DNA from: Bacteroidales bacterium
GTDB taxonomy: Bacteria > Bacteroidota > Bacteroidia > Bacteroidales > VadinHA17
Direction: 5' to 3'
Length of the DNA stretch: 64,000 nt
Assembly: GCA_021157415.1 (NCBI GenBank)
Contig: JAGGWN010000123.1
Span: 1,226-65,225, forward strand
Shown: positions 59,086 through 64,000 of the stretch, piece after piece
How the letters are laid out: each line of letters opens with the position of its first letter
Numbering within the stretch: the stretch's first letter is position 1
Notes under the pieces: generated by a model
What the model was told of the DNA's origin: nothing
What the model saw: the letters and a program-made list of their open reading frames with translations, nothing else
Database searches by the model: none
Program-made: the position numbers and the translations under genes

Positions 59086-61275
59086 ATGGCACAGTTCAGA
59101 ACAATTGCATTTCAGGAAGTATTAAAGAGACAGCCTGTAAAAGTTTCGGCTCCTTCCAATGAGGTAACCGAATACTTCGGCTCCAGGGTTTTTGATCTGG
59201 TAAAGATGCAGAAATATCTTTCCAAAGAAGCTTATAAGAGTGTCAGGCAAGCCATCCGGGAAAGTACGCATATTGACCGGAAGATGGCCGATCAGGTAGC
59301 TGCCGGCATGAAAGACTGGGCCATTGACAATGGAGCCACACACTACACCCACTGGTTTCATCCCCTGACCGACGGCACAGCCGAAAAACATGACGGATTT
59401 ATCGATTTCGGGGATTACGGTGTTGTGCAGAATTTCTCCGGTGAATTGCTGGTGCAGCAGGAACCTGATGCTTCCAGTTTCCCCAGCGGCGGCATACGCA
59501 ACACCTTCGAAGCCCGGGGTTATACGGCCTGGGATGTTTCCTCTCCTGCCTTTCTGATAGGAACCACCCTTTGTATTCCGACGGTTTTTGTCTCATACAC
59601 CGGCGAAGCCCTGGATTATAAAGCTCCCTTGCTCCGTACCCTCAGCATCCTGGACAAAGCAGCTGTGGATGTCTGTCATTATTTTGACAAAAATGTCAAT
59701 AAGGTTTTTGCCACCCTGGGATGGGAACAGGAATATTTTCTGATTGACGATGCCTTTTTCAACGCCCGTCCCGACCTGATCCTCACCGGAAGAACGCTGG
59801 TGGGACACCAGTCCTCCAAAGATCAGCAGCTGGACGACCATTATTTCAGCTCTATCCCTGAAAGGGTAAAAGCTTTTATGGAAGATTTTGAAATTGAGGC
59901 TTACAAACTGGGGATTCCCGTAAAAACACGTCACAATGAAGTAGCCCCTAACCAGTACGAATGCGCCCCCATCTTCGAAGAAGCAAACCTGGCCAATGAT
60001 CATAACCAGATCATCATGGACCTGATGAAAAGAGTGGCACGCCATCATAACTTCAGGATCCTTTTCCATGAAAAGCCCTTTGCCGGCATCAATGGTTCCG
60101 GGAAGCACAACAACTGGTCCCTCGCTACAGACACGGGAGTCAACCTGTTATCGCCGGGGAAAAATCCTATGGGAAACTTGCAATTCCTGACTTTCCTGAT
60201 AAATGTTATCAAAAGTGTGCATGATAACCAGGACATTTTGAGAGCTTCCATTCTTACTGCCGGCAACTCCCATCGCCTGGGTGCCAACGAAGCACCTCCC
60301 GCCATTCTCTCTATTTTCCTGGGCACAACCCTTTCAAAAATCCTGGTTGACCTCGAGCAAAATGTCCCCAACAACAAAATGACACCGGAAGAAAAAACAG
60401 AACTGAAACTGGGTATTGGGAAAATACCGGAAATATTGCTGGACAACACCGACAGGAACAGAACATCTCCGTTTGCCTTTACCGGAAACAGGTTTGAATT
60501 CCGTGCTGTCGGTTCCAGTGCCAACTGTGCCGCTTCGATGATTGTTCTGAACGGGGCCCTGGCTTATCAACTGAAAGCATTCAAAAAAGAAGTGGATAGT
60601 CTGATCGAAAAACACAATCTTAAAAAGGATGAAGCCATTTTCAAGGTACTCAGAAAATATATTTCAGACTCAAAAAAGATTCTTTTCGAGGGAGACAATT
60701 ATAGTGCAGGGTGGAAAAAAGAAGCCGAAAAACGCGGGTTGAGCAACATCACCAGCGTACCTGAATCTCTGGCCAAGTATCTGACTCCGCAGGCTAAGAA
60801 AGTGCTTATTGATAATGGAATCTTTGATGAACGGGAACTGGAAGGTCGTGTTGAAGTGGAGTATGAAAAATTCACCAAAAAGATTCAGATCGAAGCCCGT
60901 GTACTCGGAGATCTGGTTATCAACCACATCGTCCCTACAGCCGTACAATATCAGAACAAACTGATCGAAAATGTAAAAGGGTTGAAAGACCTTTTTACAG
61001 AAAAAGAATTTAAAGAACAGGCCAGTCACCGGCTCGGAATCATCAAGGATATCTCCAAACACGTTTCAATTATTAAAAGCAAGGTTACCGAAATGGTCAA
61101 CGCCCGAAAAGTTGCCAATAAAATTGAAGATGAAGTGGAAAAAGCATTTGCGTATAACAAAACGGTAAGGCCTTATCTGGATGAGATCCGGTATCATGTT
61201 GATAAACTTGAGCTGATCATAGACGACGAGCTGTGGCCTTTGCCGAAATACCGCGAAATACTATTTACCAGATAA
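59086..61275 (+). CDS. glnA: Glutamine synthetase type III
   Basis: 729 aa; HYTHWFHPLT..TAEKHD, EPDASSFPSGG, HNEVAP.Q, HEKPFAGINGSGKH, DRNRTSPFAFTGNRFEFR. Confidence 0.96.
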   Translation: MAQFRTIAFQEVLKRQPVKVSAPSNEVTEYFGSRVFDLVKMQKYLSKEAYKSVRQAIRESTHIDRKMADQVAAGMKDWAIDNGATHYTHWFHPLTDGTAEKHDGFIDFGDYGVVQNFSGELLVQQEPDASSFPSGGIRNTFEARGYTAWDVSSPAFLIGTTLCIPTVFVSYTGEALDYKAPLLRTLSILDKAAVDVCHYFDKNVNKVFATLGWEQEYFLIDDAFFNARPDLILTGRTLVGHQSSKDQQLDDHYFSSIPERVKAFMEDFEIEAYKLGIPVKTRHNEVAPNQYECAPIFEEANLANDHNQIIMDLMKRVARHHNFRILFHEKPFAGINGSGKHNNWSLATDTGVNLLSPGKNPMGNLQFLTFLINVIKSVHDNQDILRASILTAGNSHRLGANEAPPAILSIFLGTTLSKILVDLEQNVPNNKMTPEEKTELKLGIGKIPEILLDNTDRNRTSPFAFTGNRFEFRAVGSSANCAASMIVLNGALAYQLKAFKKEVDSLIEKHNLKKDEAIFKVLRKYISDSKKILFEGDNYSAGWKKEAEKRGLSNITSVPESLAKYLTPQAKKVLIDNGIFDERELEGRVEVEYEKFTKKIQIEARVLGDLVINHIVPTAVQYQNKLIENVKGLKDLFTEKEFKEQASHRLGIIKDISKHVSIIKSKVTEMVNARKVANKIEDEVEKAFAYNKTVRPYLDEIRYHVDKLELIIDDELWPLPKYREILFTR

Positions 61276-61328
61276 AAAATAACAGCCGGTAAGCACAGTC
61301 CGTAGCTGTTGGTTTTATGGTTAGTAAG

Positions 61329-61363
61329 AAAAGTTGTTCCGGAAATCCGGAACAACTTTTTTT
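61329..61363 (+). terminator. Rho-independent terminator of glnA
   Basis: AAAAGTTGTTCCGGA-AA-TCCGGAACAACTTTTTTT. Confidence 0.85.
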
Positions 61364-61410
61364 GCCCCGAAAAAATATTTACATTTATAACCTCGTTGTA
61401 AGGCTATATT

Positions 61411-63402
61411 ATGAGAACTTTTGCTTTTATACTGATAACTCTTTTCCTCGGCCTCCCGGGAGTGTACGGGCAGAAAAAGAAAATGGCCAAAGCCGAAGAA
61501 GCTTTAAAAGCCGGAGAATATTATGATGCCATCGATTTATTCAAAGATGCGTATTCATCTATCAAAAACAAAGAGGTCAAAACCGAGGTAGTCTTCAAGA
61601 TAGCAGAATGTTACAGGCTGATCGACGAACCTGACAAAGCCGAGCTCTGGTATAAAAAAGCCATCAGTAAAGGCTATCCCGATCCTACGGCAATTCTTTT
61701 TTATGCCCAGCAGTTGATGAAAAACGGAAAATATGAACAGGCCATCGAGGAATTTAATAAGTACAAGCAACTCGTCCCCAATGATCCCCGCAGCAACGAA
61801 GGAATCAAGTCCTGTGATCAGGCCCTGAAATGGATGGATCAACCTACAGGGTATAGGATTGAGGAAATGCGTTTTTTTAATTCACGTTTCAGTGATTATT
61901 CTCCGGCATACGCCCGTGATGACTATCAGGTGGTCTATTTTACTTCATCCCGTGACGAAGCTACCGGAAATAAAATCCATGGCGCTACCGGACAAAACTT
62001 TTCAGATATTTTCATTTCCAAACGTGACAGGAAAGGGAAATGGAGCACGCCGGTCCCTTTGGAAGGGCCTGTCAATACCCCCTTTGAAGAAGGAACCCCT
62101 TCTCTCACTTCCGATTACAACACCATGTTCTTTACCCGTTGTGAAATGGATAAGCACCGGAAGCTGGGATGCCGGATTATGGTTTCTAAAAAAAACGGGG
62201 AAGAATGGGGGAAACCCGAAGATCTGAAACTGGTGCCGGACAGTCTGACGGAGGCTCATCCTGCCATTTCTTCCGACGGTCTGACACTCTTTTTTGTCTC
62301 GGATAAACCCGGAGGTTTTGGGAAAAAAGACATCTGGAAAGTTACACGGGGAAGCGAAGGTGATGCATGGAGCGAACCGGAAAACCTGGGACCGGATATC
62401 AATACGGATGGAAATGAGATGTTTCCCTATGTCGATCATAACGGAACACTGTATTTTGCTTCTGACGGCTGGCCGGGGATGGGTGGACTGGATATTTTCA
62501 GGGCCAAACAAAACGATAACGGCCGTTGGAAAGTGGAAAACCTGAAATATCCCATCAATTCCCCTGCCGATGATTTTGGTCTTATCCTGCAAGACAAGGA
62601 AATAAAAGGCTTTTTCTCCTCCTCACGCAAAGGAAGAACGCGGGATGATATCTATGCTTTTGTCCTGCCTCCCCTGAAGTTCAGTATTCTGGGGACAGTA
62701 CGTAACCTGCAAACCGACGAGGTCATTCCTTATAGCCGAATCAAAATGATCGGTAGCGACGGAACCATCCTGCAGGATAGCACCAATGCAAAGGGAACCT
62801 TTCATTTTATGCTTAAACCCAATACCGACTATATCTTCATTGCTTCCAAAGAAGGCTATCTGAACGGAAAAAGCAAGGAAACCACCAAAGGCCTGAAAAA
62901 AAGTTCGGAACTCAGAACCACCGTACAACTGGCCTCTATTGCCAAACCTATTGAGATTCCCAATATCTATTATGATTTCGGCAAATGGGATCTGCGACCT
63001 GAGTCCATGGTTGCCCTGGATCACCTGGTGGAAATCCTGAATGATAACCCCAATATCGTTATTGAACTGAGATCCCACACCGACTCCAGGGCAACGGAAG
63101 CGTATAACCTGGATCTCTCTCAGAAACGAGCCCAGGCTGTCGTAGATTATCTTATCCGTAAAGGCATTGATCCGAAACGATTAATCGCCAAAGGGTATGG
63201 AGAATCTATGCCTAAGGTGGTAGATAATAAACTGGCACAACAATATCCTTTTCTGAAAGAGGGAACCCTGCTGGATGATAAATTTATCAATGCGCTGTCG
63301 GACGTGAATCAGAAAGAGATATGCCACCAGATCAACCGTCGTACCGAATTCCAGGTGTTGCGTACGGATTTCCCGACACAGGAGAAAGCCAATAAAAAGT
63401 AG
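61411..63402 (+). CDS. PorE-like protein (TPR + PD40/WD40 + CarboxypepD_reg + OmpA_C)
   Basis: N-terminal TPRs, FTSSR/FVSDKPGGFG/FASDG..GMGGLD repeats, NIYYDF, SHTD, LSQKRA, NRRTEF. Confidence 0.88.
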   Translation: MRTFAFILITLFLGLPGVYGQKKKMAKAEEALKAGEYYDAIDLFKDAYSSIKNKEVKTEVVFKIAECYRLIDEPDKAELWYKKAISKGYPDPTAILFYAQQLMKNGKYEQAIEEFNKYKQLVPNDPRSNEGIKSCDQALKWMDQPTGYRIEEMRFFNSRFSDYSPAYARDDYQVVYFTSSRDEATGNKIHGATGQNFSDIFISKRDRKGKWSTPVPLEGPVNTPFEEGTPSLTSDYNTMFFTRCEMDKHRKLGCRIMVSKKNGEEWGKPEDLKLVPDSLTEAHPAISSDGLTLFFVSDKPGGFGKKDIWKVTRGSEGDAWSEPENLGPDINTDGNEMFPYVDHNGTLYFASDGWPGMGGLDIFRAKQNDNGRWKVENLKYPINSPADDFGLILQDKEIKGFFSSSRKGRTRDDIYAFVLPPLKFSILGTVRNLQTDEVIPYSRIKMIGSDGTILQDSTNAKGTFHFMLKPNTDYIFIASKEGYLNGKSKETTKGLKKSSELRTTVQLASIAKPIEIPNIYYDFGKWDLRPESMVALDHLVEILNDNPNIVIELRSHTDSRATEAYNLDLSQKRAQAVVDYLIRKGIDPKRLIAKGYGESMPKVVDNKLAQQYPFLKEGTLLDDKFINALSDVNQKEICHQINRRTEFQVLRTDFPTQEKANKK

Positions 63403-63404
63403 TT

Positions 63405-64000
63405 ATGGGCGCTGATTCATCGAGATATGCCCGCCGGGGAGTGTCCTCGCAGAAAGAAGATGTGCATGCTGCTATACGACAGGTGGATAAGGGCCTATCC
63501 CCCGGGGCTTTCTGCAAAATCATCCCGGATCTGCTGGCCGGAGATAAAGAATGGTGTACCATTATGCATGCCGACGGTGCCGGCACCAAATCGGTACTGG
63601 CTTATCTTTACTGGAGAGAAACCGGCGATCTTTCAGTATGGGAAGGGATTGCACAGGATGCTTTGGTGATGAACATCGATGACTTACTGTGCGTGGGAGC
63701 CACAGACAACATCCTGGTATCTTCAACCATCGGTCGCAACAAGTCCCGGATCCCGGGAGAGGTGATCGCTACCCTTATCAACGGAACGGAAAAATTTCTG
63801 ACTTTCCTCCGCGAACAGGGAATACAGGCTTACTCCACCGGAGGTGAAACGGCAGATGTCGGAGATATTGTCAGAACCATCATCGTTGACTCAACGGTCA
63901 CTTCCCGCATGAAAAGAACAGAGGTGATCACCAACGACCGCATTGCCCCCGGGGATGTGATCGTAGGACTGGCTTCGTACGGGCAGGCTTCCTACGAAAA
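63405..64000 (+). CDS. purM: Phosphoribosylformylglycinamidine cyclo-ligase, Bacteroidota type (partial, runs off window)
   Basis: RY.RRGVSSQKEDVH, MHADGAGTKS, AQDALVMNIDDLLCVGA, GGETADVGD. Confidence 0.9.
   Translation, partial: MGADSSRYARRGVSSQKEDVHAAIRQVDKGLSPGAFCKIIPDLLAGDKEWCTIMHADGAGTKSVLAYLYWRETGDLSVWEGIAQDALVMNIDDLLCVGATDNILVSSTIGRNKSRIPGEVIATLINGTEKFLTFLREQGIQAYSTGGETADVGDIVRTIIVDSTVTSRMKRTEVITNDRIAPGDVIVGLASYGQASYE

Noticed and set aside
1-64000. CRISPR array, prophage, integron, autonomous IS or reverse transcriptase
   Set aside because: No regularly spaced repeats and no cas, integrase, transposase, RT or phage structural motifs in any ORF

Overview
64-kb chromosomal segment of a Bacteroidota (Bacteroidales-like) bacterium. 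The assignment rests on TAnnTTTG promoters, a T9SS C-terminal-domain protein, a PorE-like protein, a long S16, GS-III and a Bacteroidota-type PurM. Most of the window is housekeeping: radC, rpsT, tRNA-Glu, fused ccsBA, trxA-dnaE, rpsP-rimM, dapD, the mutL-rhomboid cluster, etfB-etfA-ACAD, purH-mreBCD-mrdA-rodA, rsmA, patB-carA, a tlpA pair with lpxH, hppA, glnA(III) and partial purM. Accessory parts are an AT-rich BglII-like REase/MT-A70 methylase pair, an FkbM/glycosyltransferase locus, a T9SS-CTD plus repeat-containing DUF1566 two-gene module followed by a decayed paralog, and three pseudogenes. Unannotated signals read by eye: (i) three copies of a structured miniature inverted-repeat element with shared ~20-bp termini and TAA/TTA flanks; (ii) twin 25-bp palindromic boxes 53 bp apart upstream of glnA(III); (iii) a nested palindrome CTACGTAGG-NN-CCTACGTAG at two distant gene ends; (iv) a probable arginine synthetase (ArcE-like) gene. 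No CRISPR array, rRNA, transposase, integrase or reverse transcriptase was seen. All calls come from motif recognition; no database searches were run.
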